64,000 nucleotides of DNA from Patescibacteria group bacterium (GCA_038063735.1 JBBTUN010000001.1:9751-73750), one strand, 5' to 3'. Shown: positions 45,951-57,120, counted from the stretch's first letter. Notes: generated by a model not told the origin, from the sequence alone. Translations and numbers: made by a program.

Positions 45951-47429
45951 TTACTTGGCAATGTCTACTGCCCTGACTTCTCTAATGACAGTTATTGTAA
46001 TCTGGCCCGGATAAGTTAACTCGGTTTCGACTTTTTGTCTAATGTCACGCGCCAGAATAACAGCACCTTCATCGTCGACAATTTTGGGATCTACAATAAC
46101 CCTGACTTCCCTTCCGGCTTGGATTGCATAAGCTTTGTCTACTCCACCGAAGGACATCGCTACCTTTTCTATATTTGTTAATCTTTTTATGTAATCTTCG
46201 ACCGCTTCATGTCTTGCTCCAGGCCTTGCTCCAGAAACCGAATCTGCAATATGAACAATTATTGATTCAATAGAGGAGAATGGTTCATCTTCATGATGTT
46301 GAGCGATACAATTGATTACTTCTTGAGGAAAATTCCATTTTTTAGCAAGTTGAACACCTAACTGTACGTGTGTTCCTTCTTTTTCCATCTCGGTTTTACC
46401 AATGTCATGAAATAGGCCTCCGGTTGCAGCAATTATCGAGTTTGCGCCAACTTCGTCCGCTATCTTTTTGGCAATTTTACCTGTTTCCAAGCAGGCGATA
46501 AGCTGATTTTGCCCATACGAATATCTAAATTTAAGTCTGCCTAAAGTGTCTAGTGCCTCTTGCGGCAAATTGAAAAGGCCGAGTTCATTTGCTGCACGTC
46601 TGCCAGCATCGGACATGTCCGAGGTTATTTGGGCTCTTGCTTTTTCTACCAGTTGCTCAATTCTCGTTGGCTGGATTCTCGCATCTTTAACAAGCCATTC
46701 AAGCGCAGTTCTTGCAATTTCTCTTCTTACAGGATCAAATGACGACAGCCTAACTTCGCCTTCAATATCACTATCGAGTTCAACATCTACGCCTGTTGCC
46801 AATTCGAATGTCCTAATGTTTCTGCCTTCTTTACCAATTATTCTTCCTTTAATATCGTCTGATTCCAGTTTAACTGTTGATACTGTGTACTCTGCTACCC
46901 AATCTGTCGCGCCGGCTATCATTGAATTAACAATAATTTCACGGCTTTTATCTGCGGCTTCTGCTCTTATATTTTCTTCCGCTTGCTTTATTCTTTTGGC
47001 AACTTCTGTTTTTAATTCTTCTTCAAGGTTTTCTAAGATTAATTTTTTTGCTTCGTCACGCGTTAGTGAAGACACTCTAGAAAGCTTATCAATTAGTTCG
47101 TTTCGTGTTTTGGAAAGCTCTTGAGCCTTTTGCTGGTATGCTTGTTTTGCATCCTCGTTTTGATTTTCCAGTTTGGTGATTTGATTTATTTTTAAATCCA
47201 AGGCTTCTTCTTTTTGGGCAATTCTCTTTTCAATTTCTATACTTTCCTGGCGAACTTTTCTTGATTCTTCCTCTGCAGACTTTTTTATTTTGAAGGCTTC
47301 GTCGCGCGCGTCTTGAATGATTTCTCTTGCATCGCGGTTCCCACCAGAATCTGATCTTGGTGTGCCCACAGATACCACAACTTTGCCAGTTTTACTCTGA
47401 TTTTGATTTTGATCGTCGTAATAGCTCAT
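45951..47429 (-). CDS. rny: Ribonuclease Y
   Basis: KGRIIGKEGRNIR (KH), HDIGK, ARPGAR, AIQAGREVRV, YPGQI. Confidence 0.93.
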   Translation of the reverse strand: MSYYDDQNQNQSKTGKVVVSVGTPRSDSGGNRDAREIIQDARDEAFKIKKSAEEESRKVRQESIEIEKRIAQKEEALDLKINQITKLENQNEDAKQAYQQKAQELSKTRNELIDKLSRVSSLTRDEAKKLILENLEEELKTEVAKRIKQAEENIRAEAADKSREIIVNSMIAGATDWVAEYTVSTVKLESDDIKGRIIGKEGRNIRTFELATGVDVELDSDIEGEVRLSSFDPVRREIARTALEWLVKDARIQPTRIEQLVEKARAQITSDMSDAGRRAANELGLFNLPQEALDTLGRLKFRYSYGQNQLIACLETGKIAKKIADEVGANSIIAATGGLFHDIGKTEMEKEGTHVQLGVQLAKKWNFPQEVINCIAQHHEDEPFSSIESIIVHIADSVSGARPGARHEAVEDYIKRLTNIEKVAMSFGGVDKAYAIQAGREVRVIVDPKIVDDEGAVILARDIRQKVETELTYPGQITITVIREVRAVDIAK

Positions 47430-47559
47430 AAGTTAATCTATAGGAAATCAAACGAAGAAGCTCGCGACTAGCGGTTAAATATTTGTGCGCTTTTTGTAAA
47501 AATTACTTAGCATATACAAACAAATTTTTACTCCTAAGTGATTACCTTTAGAGGAAATT

Positions 47560-48225
47560 TTATCTCTTTTTGAGATATATTGCAAATGCCTCACTTATAG
47601 TCTCGTAATCAAAGCCTCGGTTGGCTAAAAATGCGTATATTTTCTTTTTTAAGCTGAAACCGTCAAGCTTTTTCCACCTAGATTCTCTTTTTGACAGGGC
47701 AATTAGTGCCAGTTTAACCTCGTCTTGTCCTTTTTCAAACTTTTCCAGAACCTCTCTACTTAATCCTTTTTGTGTTAGTTCCTGCTTTATTAATTTAAAT
47801 CCTTTTTGTTTATTAGCGTTTCGGGATTCTATCCACCATGTTGCAAATTCAAGATCATCAATATAATTGTATTTTTTTAATTTGTTGATTACTTCTTCGA
47901 TTACTTTCGTTTCTTTCGCTTCGCTAAATTTAATTTTTTGCTTTGTAGATATCTTTTTTATTAAATAGTCTTTTATTTCTTTTTCACTTCTGGGCCGGAA
48001 AGAGAGAAAGTTTATTGCACGATCGACGAGATAATTAAAAAATTCCCCTTTTGTTATTTGGATTATTTCATTTTCGCTTAGGATCTTGCCTACAGCTAGT
48101 TTAAATTTGAGCAGATTTTCCTGACCTATGCTAAAAGTATATTTTTCGTTTAGGTAAACGTTAAATCTTTTTTTATCTTTATTTTTTGTAGCTTTTTGAG
48201 GATCTAAGCTTGTTATTTGCAACAC
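47560..48225 (-). CDS. recX: Regulatory protein RecX
   Basis: LSFRPRSEKE, YIDDLEFA, LANRGF; directly downstream of recA. Confidence 0.9.
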   Translation of the reverse strand: MLQITSLDPQKATKNKDKKRFNVYLNEKYTFSIGQENLLKFKLAVGKILSENEIIQITKGEFFNYLVDRAINFLSFRPRSEKEIKDYLIKKISTKQKIKFSEAKETKVIEEVINKLKKYNYIDDLEFATWWIESRNANKQKGFKLIKQELTQKGLSREVLEKFEKGQDEVKLALIALSKRESRWKKLDGFSLKKKIYAFLANRGFDYETISEAFAIYLKKR

Positions 48226-48228
48226 AAC

Positions 48229-49305
48229 TTAGGCAGTCGGGATAATTTCTTCCAGGATTTCATCATCGTCCGACTCGTGATTTGTGGTAACTTGCGGTTT
48301 TGTTGGTGTGCCTTTTTTAACTTTTACCCAAATTTCTTTTTCTACTTGGTTATAGTCTTTCTTATGCTCAGCAAAATAGGCTTTTGCACTTTCCCGACCC
48401 TGTCCAATCAATTTAGTCCCCCACCTATAAAATGCACCACTTTTTGAAACCAAACCCATTTCAACGGCAACATCCAAAAGTCCGCCTTCCTTGGAAATCC
48501 CTTCTTCACCGGTAATATCAAACTCTGCAAGCCTGAACGGCGGGGCAACTTTATTTTTAACAACTTTTACCCTGTGTCTCGAGCCAATGACTTTGTCACC
48601 ATCTTTGATATTGTCAATTTTGCGAATATCTAAGCGGACTGAGCAATAAAATTTAAGTGCGCGACCTCCTGGGGTAGTTTCCGGATTTCCAAACATTACG
48701 CCAATTTTTTCTCTAAGTTGATTTGTAAAAATAACTACTGTTTTTGATTTTGAAATAACACCGGTGAGTTTTCGAAGAGCCTGTGACATTAAACGGGCCT
48801 GCACTCCCATCATAGAGTCACCCATTTCTCCTTCAATTTCTGCCCGGGGCACAAGTGCTGCTACAGAGTCTATGACAATTATGTCAACGGCGCCAGAGCG
48901 AATTAGGGTTTCGGTGATTTCCAGTGCTTGTTCTCCCGTGTCCGGTTGCGAGATTAGAAGGTCGTCCAAATTAACTCCGACCTTTTCCGCCCAGACCGGG
49001 TCAAGGGCGTGTTCTGCATCAATTAGAGCTGCATTGCCACCATTTTTTTGGGCTTGAGCAATAGTTGAAAGGGTAAGAGTAGTTTTACCTGACGCCTCGG
49101 GTCCATAAATTTCTATTATTCTTCCTCTTGGCAGACCGCCCACTCCCAAAGCAAGATCCACTGGTACAATTCCTGTTGGTATAACGTCAACTTCGAATTT
49201 GCCAACCTGCTCTCCCATTTTCATTATTGAGCCTTTACCGTAAGCTTTTTCTATTTGAGATATGGCAGTTGCTATGGCTTGTTTTTTAGCGTCGGAGTTA
49301 TTCAT
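48229..49305 (-). CDS. recA: Recombinase RecA
   Basis: [34 protein letters not shown]. Confidence 0.98.
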   Translation of the reverse strand: MNNSDAKKQAIATAISQIEKAYGKGSIMKMGEQVGKFEVDVIPTGIVPVDLALGVGGLPRGRIIEIYGPEASGKTTLTLSTIAQAQKNGGNAALIDAEHALDPVWAEKVGVNLDDLLISQPDTGEQALEITETLIRSGAVDIIVIDSVAALVPRAEIEGEMGDSMMGVQARLMSQALRKLTGVISKSKTVVIFTNQLREKIGVMFGNPETTPGGRALKFYCSVRLDIRKIDNIKDGDKVIGSRHRVKVVKNKVAPPFRLAEFDITGEEGISKEGGLLDVAVEMGLVSKSGAFYRWGTKLIGQGRESAKAYFAEHKKDYNQVEKEIWVKVKKGTPTKPQVTTNHESDDDEILEEIIPTA

Positions 49306-49390
49306 TTGCGAAGGTCAGCATAGTTTTACTATACATTAATATAAAAAACAAGCTCCTTGTCACAAATAGTTTGATATAATTCGTACGCTG

Positions 49391-49464
49391 CGGGGAGTAG
49401 TATAGTGGTAACACACTGCGCTGGGGGTGCAGTATCGGGAGTTCGATTCTCCCCTCCCCGACCA
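49391..49464 (+). tRNA. tRNA-Pro(GGG)
   Basis: Acceptor CGGGGAG/CTCCCCG + A + CCA; anticodon arm CTGCG-CTGGGGG-TGCAG; T arm GGGAG-TTCGATT-CTCCC. Confidence 0.95.
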
Positions 49465-49508
49465 AATTTTTACTTTACAAAAAGTAATATCTGTGATCTA
49501 ATAATCCT

Positions 49509-49898
49509 ATGATTAAGTTACCGGAGATCCACGTGCCGAAGCTTTTTGGCGGTGGGCAAAAAACCCCGGAAGCGATTGATGGGAATAATGCGGCTTCGGC
49601 GCCATTTTCCCCAAGCGGTCCAGCTCCGGAAATTCCAACAGGTGCGGGTGTTACTCCACCGGTTGGAGAGGTACCTGCACCTGGTAGTGACACAGGGGTG
49701 AATGCAATACCAGAAGCACCAGTTGCCGGTAATGCGTCTGCTGCTGTAGGTGAGCCTCTTACAGGCGTTGCTGCAGTACCAGATGCTGCTGATACACAAG
49801 CTGTTATTAGCGATTTACAGGCTCAAATGTCTAGCGATCCTACTTCGACCACAGCAGGTGCTGAGTCAACAACACAACCTGTTGATAAGGCCGCATAA
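49509..49898 (+). CDS. Low-complexity Pro/Ala/Gly/Thr-rich, likely disordered protein
   Basis: 129-aa ORF after tRNA-Pro. Confidence 0.65.
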   Translation: MIKLPEIHVPKLFGGGQKTPEAIDGNNAASAPFSPSGPAPEIPTGAGVTPPVGEVPAPGSDTGVNAIPEAPVAGNASAAVGEPLTGVAAVPDAADTQAVISDLQAQMSSDPTSTTAGAESTTQPVDKAA

Positions 49899-49914
49899 GT
49901 TTTATTGCAGATAT

Positions 49915-50334
49915 TTATCGCTTTGGAGATTGTTTCCCCTTGCGGGCTTTTTGGGCGAGACCATATTTTCTTCTTTCTTTAACCCTTGCGTCTCGCGTTA
50001 GCATCCCGGCTTTTTTTAAGATGGCTCTGTAATTATCCCTGCTTACATTGTTAAGTGCTAAGGACATACCGTGAACTACGGCATCGAGCTGACCTTTTTT
50101 ACCGGATCCGTCTACCTTAATAGTTGCGTAATATTTGCCTTCTGTTTTGGTAAGACGGAATGGTTTTTCAAAAAAAGATTTTTCGGATGCTGAAGGAAAA
50201 TATTCTGCTATTGGTTTGTCATTAACTAAAGTTTGGCCTTTGCCTGCAAAAAGTCGAACTCTGGCAACAGCTTCTTTTCTTCTTCCGTGCGCGTAAGTAT
50301 AACTTTTATTATTGGTCGGTTTTGATTCTTCCAT
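49915..50334 (-). CDS. rpsI: 30S protein S9
   Basis: GRRKEAVARV, LTRDARVKERRK, QSPKR. Confidence 0.96.
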   Translation of the reverse strand: MEESKPTNNKSYTYAHGRRKEAVARVRLFAGKGQTLVNDKPIAEYFPSASEKSFFEKPFRLTKTEGKYYATIKVDGSGKKGQLDAVVHGMSLALNNVSRDNYRAILKKAGMLTRDARVKERRKYGLAQKARKGKQSPKR

Positions 50335-50335
50335 T

Positions 50336-50782
50336 TTAGTTTGCCCCCTTTTCCAGTTTATTTGATGTTTCGCCTGTCGAGAATTTATCTTTATAAGGGT
50401 GGGTGGTTCCCGGATACACAAAAAGTTTTTTTAACATTAGTTTGCCCATTTTTGTCTTTGGTAACATTCCAAATACGGAATCTCGTATTAAATCGTTTGG
50501 TTTTTGAGATCTCGTCTGGCTCGCTGTTTTCATATAAAGACCACCCGGGTATCCTGAATGTCTGTAGTAGATTTTCTGATTTTCTTTTTTCCCGGAAAGA
50601 ACTATTTTTTCAGAATTAATAACTACAACACTGTCACCGGTATCCAGGTTTGGGGAATAGTACACTTTGTTTTTACCCATAAGATGCATCGCTATTTCCG
50701 TTGAAACTCGTCCTAAGATCTTATTTTTGGCGTCTACAAGGCGCCAATTTTTTTCAATTTGTTTTTTCTTTATACTTTTCAT
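50336..50782 (-). CDS. rplM: 50S protein L13
   Basis: LGRVST, DTGD, HSGYPGG, GMLPK. Confidence 0.96.
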   Translation of the reverse strand: MKSIKKKQIEKNWRLVDAKNKILGRVSTEIAMHLMGKNKVYYSPNLDTGDSVVVINSEKIVLSGKKENQKIYYRHSGYPGGLYMKTASQTRSQKPNDLIRDSVFGMLPKTKMGKLMLKKLFVYPGTTHPYKDKFSTGETSNKLEKGAN

Positions 50783-51261
50783 TTTTTATTAATTTTCTTG
50801 CCAGGTGCTGTTTTTTTAACTGCAGGTTTTTTTGGCGTTGCTGCGGTTTTTTTATTTTTTGCCCTTTTGGCTTTTACTTTAGGTTCTTGTTTTTTGATTT
50901 TTGTTTTATCCCAGGCAACAAGTTCCAGTTTTGCCATAGGCGCATTGTCTCCTTTTCTTGGAGCAATTTTTAGTATCCTTGTATAGCCACTGGTTCTTTG
51001 CTCAAAACCGGGGGCGATTTCGTTTATCAGCCTTAAAAAGGCACGGCTTGAGAGTGTAGATGCTATCTTTCTTTTTCCTCTAAGCTTAGTCTTTTTTGCA
51101 CTTGTTATGGTTTTTTCAACATAACTTCGTGCAAACTTTGCCTTAGCAAGAGTGGTTGTTATTTGGCCGTGCAAAAACAGTGAGTTTGCCAAATTATTAA
51201 GCAGAGCTTTTCTGGAATTTGTATCTCTACTTAATTTTCTGCCTGATACTCTGTGTTTCAC
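50779..51261 (-). CDS. rplQ: 50S protein L17 with Lys/Ala-rich tail
   Basis: ITTTLAKAK, GYTRI, RKGDNAPMA. Confidence 0.95.
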   Translation of the reverse strand: MKHRVSGRKLSRDTNSRKALLNNLANSLFLHGQITTTLAKAKFARSYVEKTITSAKKTKLRGKRKIASTLSSRAFLRLINEIAPGFEQRTSGYTRILKIAPRKGDNAPMAKLELVAWDKTKIKKQEPKVKAKRAKNKKTAATPKKPAVKKTAPGKKINKK

Positions 51262-52187
51262 TTTATTTCAATCCCTCTCTCTCTTAATTTCTCTTCAACC
51301 AAAGCTATCGATTTTGGTCCTAAGTTCTTCATTTTCATCAGCTCTTTTTTGTCTCTGTCCATAAAGTCGCCAATCGTTTCAATTTTTCCACTCTTTAAGC
51401 TGTTTGTAAGTCTTACAGGAAGATCCAGTTCTTCGAGTGAAGTTTTTACAATTTCATCTGTTAGGGCTGTTGTTGGTTCAACTACCTCTGACTTTTGTTT
51501 CTTAGGACTTTGTTGTGGTTCATATATTGTTGCGAAGTGATCAACCAATATTTTTGCTGCCTGCTTTAGAGCATCTGATGGTTTAACTGTTCCATCGGTT
51601 GTGATCTCTATTGTCAACTTATCAAAGTTGGTGACTCTTCCAACACGTGTTGCTTCAACGTGATAGTTAGCCTTGCTAACAGGTGAAAAATTAGCATCTA
51701 CCGGAATTAATCCGATTTCACCAGTTTTTCTTTCGTCAGCCAAGGAGTAACCACTTCCGTTTTCTGCAATAATACTTGCTGTTAACTTAGCTTTTGCGTC
51801 TGCCAGACGTGCCAAGGTAAGATCTCCGTTTACAATTTCTGCACCGGCACTTGGAGTTAAATCTTTTGCTTTAACTTCTTTTGGTCCTTTAACGTCTAGT
51901 GTAAGTTTTACAGGTTTGTCCGAAGAAATTTTTAGACGGAGCTTTTTAAGGTTCAAAATAAATTCTACTATGTCTTCTGACATACCATTAACTGCAGTAA
52001 ATTGGTGTCTTACACCAGAAATTTTTACCTGCGTTACTGCTGCACCAGACAAAGAAGTCAAAAGTACGCGTCGCAGAGAATTTCCAATAGTATGACCATA
52101 TCCTTGATCTAAAGGTTCGATTACAAATTTACCAAAATCTTCTGTTTCTTTTTCTGTTTCTGTTATTATTTGAGATAAATCTAACAC
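51258..52187 (-). CDS. rpoA: RNA polymerase alpha subunit
   Basis: GYGHTIGNSLRRVLL, DANFSPV, NLGPKS. Confidence 0.97.
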   Translation of the reverse strand: MLDLSQIITETEKETEDFGKFVIEPLDQGYGHTIGNSLRRVLLTSLSGAAVTQVKISGVRHQFTAVNGMSEDIVEFILNLKKLRLKISSDKPVKLTLDVKGPKEVKAKDLTPSAGAEIVNGDLTLARLADAKAKLTASIIAENGSGYSLADERKTGEIGLIPVDANFSPVSKANYHVEATRVGRVTNFDKLTIEITTDGTVKPSDALKQAAKILVDHFATIYEPQQSPKKQKSEVVEPTTALTDEIVKTSLEELDLPVRLTNSLKSGKIETIGDFMDRDKKELMKMKNLGPKSIALVEEKLRERGIEIK

Positions 52188-52261
52188 TCTTCTTTCACCT
52201 CCTTTAATATTTTGTTTATAAATTTCATATGTATATTATGGTTCCCTAACGGGAGAGCTCG

Positions 52262-52870
52262 CTAACGTGAGTAGAACTCAACAATTAGCTTCTCATTTAT
52301 TTCTGCGTCAATATCTTCTCTTTTTGGAAGAGATTTAATTTTGCCTACTGTTATTTTTCTTTCTAGCCAAGCAGGTAAATTTACACCTTTAGTATCTTCC
52401 AGCAATTTTTTTATAAAGTCCCAATTTGAAGCTTTTTCCGAAAGAGTTACAATGTCGCCAATTTTAACATTATAAGAGGGAATAGTCACCCTTTTTCCGT
52501 TTACAGACACATGGCCATGAGACACAAGCTGGCGTGCCTGATACCTCGTCCTTGAAAGGTTTAGACGGTAAATAACGTTATCCAGTCTGGTTTCCAGAAT
52601 GTTTAAAAGCGCGTCTCCTGTTGCAGTTTTTTTCCTGGAGGCAATGTTAAAGTATTTTTCAAATTGTCGCTCCAGTACTCCATACATTCTTTTCACTTTT
52701 TGTTTTTCTCTAAGTTGGATACCATATTCGGACAATTTTCGATGACCCTTTTGCCCGTGTTGACCGGGAGGGCCTGCATTTTTTCTGATAACCGGGCATG
52801 TTGGAAGGCCACAAATTGCTGCACCTTCTGCGCGACATAGCCTATGCTTAGGACCGGTGTATCTTGCCAT
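52262..52870 (-). CDS. rpsD: 30S protein S4
   Basis: MARYTGP, QLREKQK, LETRLDN, IVEFYSR. Confidence 0.97.
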   Translation of the reverse strand: MARYTGPKHRLCRAEGAAICGLPTCPVIRKNAGPPGQHGQKGHRKLSEYGIQLREKQKVKRMYGVLERQFEKYFNIASRKKTATGDALLNILETRLDNVIYRLNLSRTRYQARQLVSHGHVSVNGKRVTIPSYNVKIGDIVTLSEKASNWDFIKKLLEDTKGVNLPAWLERKITVGKIKSLPKREDIDAEINEKLIVEFYSR

Positions 52871-53260
52871 TTAAACTCTCCTCCTCTTCGTTGCTCTGGG
52901 GCCGTTGTGAGGAATAGGTGTTACATCGGATATCATTGTTATGTTAAGTCCTGCTGCCTTAAAGGCCCTAATTGAGCTATCGCGACCAGGGCCTGGGCCT
53001 TTTACATAAATTTCTATAGTAGAAACTCCCATCTCTTTAGCTTTTTTTGCTATGTTTTCTACAACGGTTGTAGCTGCGTATGGGGTAGACTTACGAGCTC
53101 CTTTAAAATTTGAGGCGCCGGCAGAACCCCAAACTAACGTGTCACCATTACCATCCGTTAATGTGACAAGCGTGTTATTGAATGTGGCAGTAACATAGGC
53201 TTTTGCGTGGCTGATTTTCCTATCTGTTGGTTTTTTATTTTTTTTAATTTCTTTTGCCAT
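52871..53260 (-). CDS. rpsK: 30S protein S11
   Basis: TFNNT, KSTPYAA, DVTPIPHNG. Confidence 0.97.
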   Translation of the reverse strand: MAKEIKKNKKPTDRKISHAKAYVTATFNNTLVTLTDGNGDTLVWGSAGASNFKGARKSTPYAATTVVENIAKKAKEMGVSTIEIYVKGPGPGRDSSIRAFKAAGLNITMISDVTPIPHNGPRATKRRRV

Positions 53261-53263
53261 GAT

Positions 53264-53659
53264 TTATTTTGTTGGAGCTATTTTTGCGACAACATCTTTT
53301 CTAACTGTTCCAATTGTTAACTTTTTACCTCTTTTCGTCCTGGCGTTAACTCTTGTTCTCTGGCCGCGTACAGGAAGGTTTTTAGAGTGTCTTGTTCCCC
53401 TGTAGGAACCTATTTCTTGCAACCTTTTAATATTACTTTGAATTTCGCGTCTCAGGTCACCTTCAACCTTGTATTTTTCTATTTCCTTTTGAAGTTTATT
53501 AACTTCATCTTCCGTTAAACTTTTTGTTCGCTGATTTAAATCAAGCTTACAATCTCGTATTATTTTCCTGGCAAGCGTAGGCCCAATACCATAGATATAG
53601 GGAAGGGCTGCTTCGAGCCTTTTGTCGTTTGGTAAATCTACTCCTGCAATTCTTGCCAT
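53264..53659 (-). CDS. rpsM: 30S protein S13
   Basis: [23 protein letters not shown]. Confidence 0.97.
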   Translation of the reverse strand: MARIAGVDLPNDKRLEAALPYIYGIGPTLARKIIRDCKLDLNQRTKSLTEDEVNKLQKEIEKYKVEGDLRREIQSNIKRLQEIGSYRGTRHSKNLPVRGQRTRVNARTKRGKKLTIGTVRKDVVAKIAPTK

Positions 53660-53667
53660 TTTTAATT

Positions 53668-53784
53668 TTATCCCTGTCGTTGTTTGTGCCTTGGGTTTGT
53701 GGCACAAATTACGTAAAGACGTCCTTTCCGCTTAACTATTTTGCAATTAACACACCTTTTTTTTACACTTGCCTGAACTTTCAT
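53668..53784 (-). CDS. rpmJ: 50S protein L36 (zinc-binding type)
   Basis: Below the ORF-track cutoff: [38 protein letters not shown]. Confidence 0.95.
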   Translation of the reverse strand: MKVQASVKKRCVNCKIVKRKGRLYVICATNPRHKQRQG

Positions 53785-53794
53785 ATAACTTTTA

Positions 53795-54034
53795 TTAATT
53801 CCTGTAGGTTATTCTACCTTTGGTTAAGTCGTAGGGCGTTACTTCTATTTTTACCCTATCACCCGGCAAAATTCTTACGTAATGAATTCTCATTTTACCG
53901 GAAAGGTGACAAAGAACAATTCTTTCTTCATTTATATTTGGCAGCTGACCTACAGGAACTCTTACCCTAAACATTGTATTGGGTAGAGCTTCAGTTACTT
54001 CTCCTTCAATTTCTAACACTCCAGATTTAGCCAT
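53795..54034 (-). CDS. infA: Translation initiation factor IF-1
   Basis: [25 protein letters not shown]. Confidence 0.96.
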   Translation of the reverse strand: MAKSGVLEIEGEVTEALPNTMFRVRVPVGQLPNINEERIVLCHLSGKMRIHYVRILPGDRVKIEVTPYDLTKGRITYRN

Positions 54035-54061
54035 AATTTCCGATCAATCATTGTACCTAAT

Positions 54062-54817
54062 TTATAGGTACGGCGTCAATACTATAGGGCCGGATTTTTG
54101 AATTGCTACCGTCTGTTCAAAGAGTCCTCCAAGCGACCCGTCTGTCGATGAAATTGTCCAACTATCCTTTTCCACACCTACTTCTCCGGAACCTTGGGTA
54201 TAAATAACCTCAATGGCAAGAGTCATATTCTCTTGAATTTTAGGTCCTGTTCCATTTTTGCCAAATCCGGGTATCATCGGTTCTTCGTGCAGCTGCCTAC
54301 CAACTCCGTGGCCGGTTAAGTTTTTAACAATAGAGTAGCCTGCTCCCTCGATACCTTTTTGAATCACGCTGGAAATATCTCCTATGTGATTTCCCGGTTT
54401 TGCAGCAAGAAGCGCAGCTTTCAGCGTATTTTTCCCGGCTTCCAAAAATTCTTGTTTATCTTTAGAAACATTGCCCACAGGTACGCTTATTGCAAGATCA
54501 CTGTGGTAACCATTGTAAAGTGCTCCTATGTCTATACCTAAAATGTCACCATCCTCCAGTTTTCTACCAGTAGGTATTCCATGCACCACCTGTTCATTTA
54601 TTGTTGTGCAGATGGTGTGCTGGTAACCATCAACTGTCATAAACGACGGGCTTGCACCCTTTTTTTCTATTTCTTGCCGGGCAATAATATCCAGTTGCCG
54701 GCACGTGACTCCAGGTTTTACGTTTTCTAAAACTTTCTTTAGCGCCTGGGCACAAATCTTGCCTGAAACTTTCATGAGTTCTAGTTCCTTTTTAGTTTTT
54801 ACAGTTGTTTTGCTCAT
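54062..54817 (-). CDS. map: Methionine aminopeptidase type I
   Basis: VVHGIP, GHGVGRQLHEEP, LAIE. Confidence 0.95.
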   Translation of the reverse strand: MSKTTVKTKKELELMKVSGKICAQALKKVLENVKPGVTCRQLDIIARQEIEKKGASPSFMTVDGYQHTICTTINEQVVHGIPTGRKLEDGDILGIDIGALYNGYHSDLAISVPVGNVSKDKQEFLEAGKNTLKAALLAAKPGNHIGDISSVIQKGIEGAGYSIVKNLTGHGVGRQLHEEPMIPGFGKNGTGPKIQENMTLAIEVIYTQGSGEVGVEKDSWTISSTDGSLGGLFEQTVAIQKSGPIVLTPYL

Positions 54818-55344
54818 TTACTAAATTTTTTTACTAGCTCGTTGTTAATAACTTCAATAGGCCTTTCGCCATTTATTTCATCCAGTATCCCTTTTTCTCT
54901 AAAATAAGAAAGCAGTGGCTCGGTTTTTTCGTGATAAATTTCCAGTCGTCTTTTTAATGCTTCATCGGTATCATCGTGTCTTCCTCTGGCTGCCAAGCGT
55001 TTAATAGCTTCTACATCACTTACTTTTACGTAAAAAACTCTGTCAACTTCCGTTTTTAATCCATCAAGCTGAGCTTGATTTCTTGGATATCCATCTAAAA
55101 TGAAACCATTTTTATACTCTGGCTGCTTTATTTTTTCATCCAGTGCATTTATCGCAATACTATCCGGGACAAGTTCTCCTTTATCCAGTGACGCTTTTAT
55201 TTTCCTGCCTACCTCCGAATTTTCTTGCGCAAAGTCTCTAAAAATTTGTCCCATTTCGATATATGATAAATTTAACTGTTCTGCCAGCAATTTAGCTTGT
55301 GTGGACTTGCCTGAACCTTGGGGACCTAAAAAAATTATTTTCAT
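54814..55344 (-). CDS. adk: Adenylate kinase (short LID)
   Basis: GPQGSGKSTQA, LDGYPR, GRHDD. Confidence 0.94.
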   Translation of the reverse strand: MKIIFLGPQGSGKSTQAKLLAEQLNLSYIEMGQIFRDFAQENSEVGRKIKASLDKGELVPDSIAINALDEKIKQPEYKNGFILDGYPRNQAQLDGLKTEVDRVFYVKVSDVEAIKRLAARGRHDDTDEALKRRLEIYHEKTEPLLSYFREKGILDEINGERPIEVINNELVKKFSK

Positions 55345-55345
55345 A

Positions 55346-56647
55346 TTAAAATCCTCGCTTTCCGGTTCCAGTCAAAAAAGTGTCATAATCGCTCATCACC
55401 ATTTGAGATTCTATCTGTTTAGTTGTTTCTAAAATTACGGACACAACGATAAGCAGGCCAGTTCCACCAATCATTAGAGATTGAATTCCAGTAAGGCTTT
55501 GCCCTATGGATGGGAGCACGGCAACTATTCCTAAAAACAGCGCGCCAAATAAAGTAATTCTCAGTGAGATGTAATCTAAATATTTTTTTGTGGGGACTCC
55601 CGGTCTAATTCCCGGCATAAAACTGCCCTGTTTCATAAGCATTTCGGAGATTTGTTTCGTATTAAAGGCAACGGTTGTATAGAAATATGTAAATAAAACT
55701 ACAAGTGCAAAGTAGGAAATATTGTAAACTATGCCACCGGGATTGAAGGCTCTTTGTAAATTTTGTGCAAAATTAGCTATAAGAATATTTGGTGATTGTT
55801 CAAAGAAACTGGCAAAAGTGGTTGGCAACAAAATTAAAGACACAGCAAAAATTATTGGTATCACCCCAGCCTGATTTAATCTAAGTGGAATGAAGCTGGA
55901 TGTACTAGATGCCGCCCCTCCTTGTCCTCTTCTTGAGTATTGTACTTTTATTGGTCTTCGTGCTTCTGTAACAATAACAATCGATACAACAACCAAAAGC
56001 GCCATGACTATAAAAATAATGAGGTTCTTAAATTGAGAGGGATCAAAAACTGATGCCTGCTGAAAAAGACTTATAGGTAACCTTCCCACAATGCCCGCAA
56101 AAATGATCATGGAAATTCCATTGCCAACACCCTTTTCCGAAATTAATTCTCCGAGCCACATTAAAAAAATTGTGCCTGCAGTTATTGTACAAATTAATGA
56201 CAATAATGTTAGTGGACTTACGGCCGTTAGGATTTTTGAATTTTGAAGAAGAATATAAATCCCAAATGCTTGAACGGTTGCAAGAGGAACTGTTAAGTAT
56301 CTTGTATACTGATTTATTTTTTCTCTTCCTGCTTCGCCCTCTTTTGCAAGTTCTTCAAGTTTTGGGAAAACCATCTGCAGAAGTTGGATGATTATACTGG
56401 CGTTAATATATGGGTTAAGCCCCAAAGACAAAACTGAAAAGTTTGCAAGCGTTCCTCCTGAGAAAATATCTAGAAGTGATAAAAATTGACTCTGTTCAAA
56501 TATTCTTTTTAAGGAACCGACATCAACACCTGGTACAGGTACTTGAGCAAAAACCCTGAAAATAAAAAAGATAAATGCAGTAAAAAGTAATTTTTTTCTT
56601 AAATCTTTAACTTTAAATATTTTTAGTATATACTCTAGGTAATTCAC
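55346..56647 (-). CDS. secY: Preprotein translocase SecY
   Basis: [39 protein letters not shown]. Confidence 0.97.
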   Translation of the reverse strand: MNYLEYILKIFKVKDLRKKLLFTAFIFFIFRVFAQVPVPGVDVGSLKRIFEQSQFLSLLDIFSGGTLANFSVLSLGLNPYINASIIIQLLQMVFPKLEELAKEGEAGREKINQYTRYLTVPLATVQAFGIYILLQNSKILTAVSPLTLLSLICTITAGTIFLMWLGELISEKGVGNGISMIIFAGIVGRLPISLFQQASVFDPSQFKNLIIFIVMALLVVVSIVIVTEARRPIKVQYSRRGQGGAASSTSSFIPLRLNQAGVIPIIFAVSLILLPTTFASFFEQSPNILIANFAQNLQRAFNPGGIVYNISYFALVVLFTYFYTTVAFNTKQISEMLMKQGSFMPGIRPGVPTKKYLDYISLRITLFGALFLGIVAVLPSIGQSLTGIQSLMIGGTGLLIVVSVILETTKQIESQMVMSDYDTFLTGTGKRGF

Positions 56648-56655
56648 TTTAGATT

Positions 56656-57120
56656 TTATTTATCATCATTTTTATGGGTGAAAATTTTTCCTTGTGATTT
56701 TGTTGTTTTTTCCTGCGCTCTTTTTGAAATCGGCACAGTTATTGTTAGCGCGACTTTAAGGTTTCCTTTGCCTAGTACTTTAACGCCAAACTTTTTAGCA
56801 TCCTTAGCTTTAACGATTCCATTTTTTATTAAAAATTCAAGATCTACGACTTGATTTGCTTTTAGATTGTTTAGGGAATCAAGATTAACAATAATTGGTT
56901 TACTGGAAATTTTTGAGTTACCTTTCCCTCTCATATAAGGTAATCTTTTTATTAAAGGTCTCTGACCGCCTTCAAAGTGGGAGTGGGTGAGCGTTAAACG
57001 GCCTCGCGCATTCTGACCTTTTGTGCCGCGTCCGGATGTTTTTCCTTTTCCAGATCCCGGGCCACGGCCAATTCTTTTTGCACCTTTGTTAGTAACTTTT
57101 GGTAATAGATCTTTTTTCAT
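56656..57120 (-). CDS. rplO: 50S protein L15
   Basis: [20 protein letters not shown]. Confidence 0.96.
   Translation of the reverse strand: MKKDLLPKVTNKGAKRIGRGPGSGKGKTSGRGTKGQNARGRLTLTHSHFEGGQRPLIKRLPYMRGKGNSKISSKPIIVNLDSLNNLKANQVVDLEFLIKNGIVKAKDAKKFGVKVLGKGNLKVALTITVPISKRAQEKTTKSQGKIFTHKNDDK

Noticed and set aside
47430-47559. Possible 6S RNA or structured leader upstream of rny
   Set aside because: Only 130 nt, AT-rich, and no convincing long stem.
49391-49914. tRNA-Pro as an integration site
   Set aside because: No integrase and no duplicated tRNA 3' end seen.
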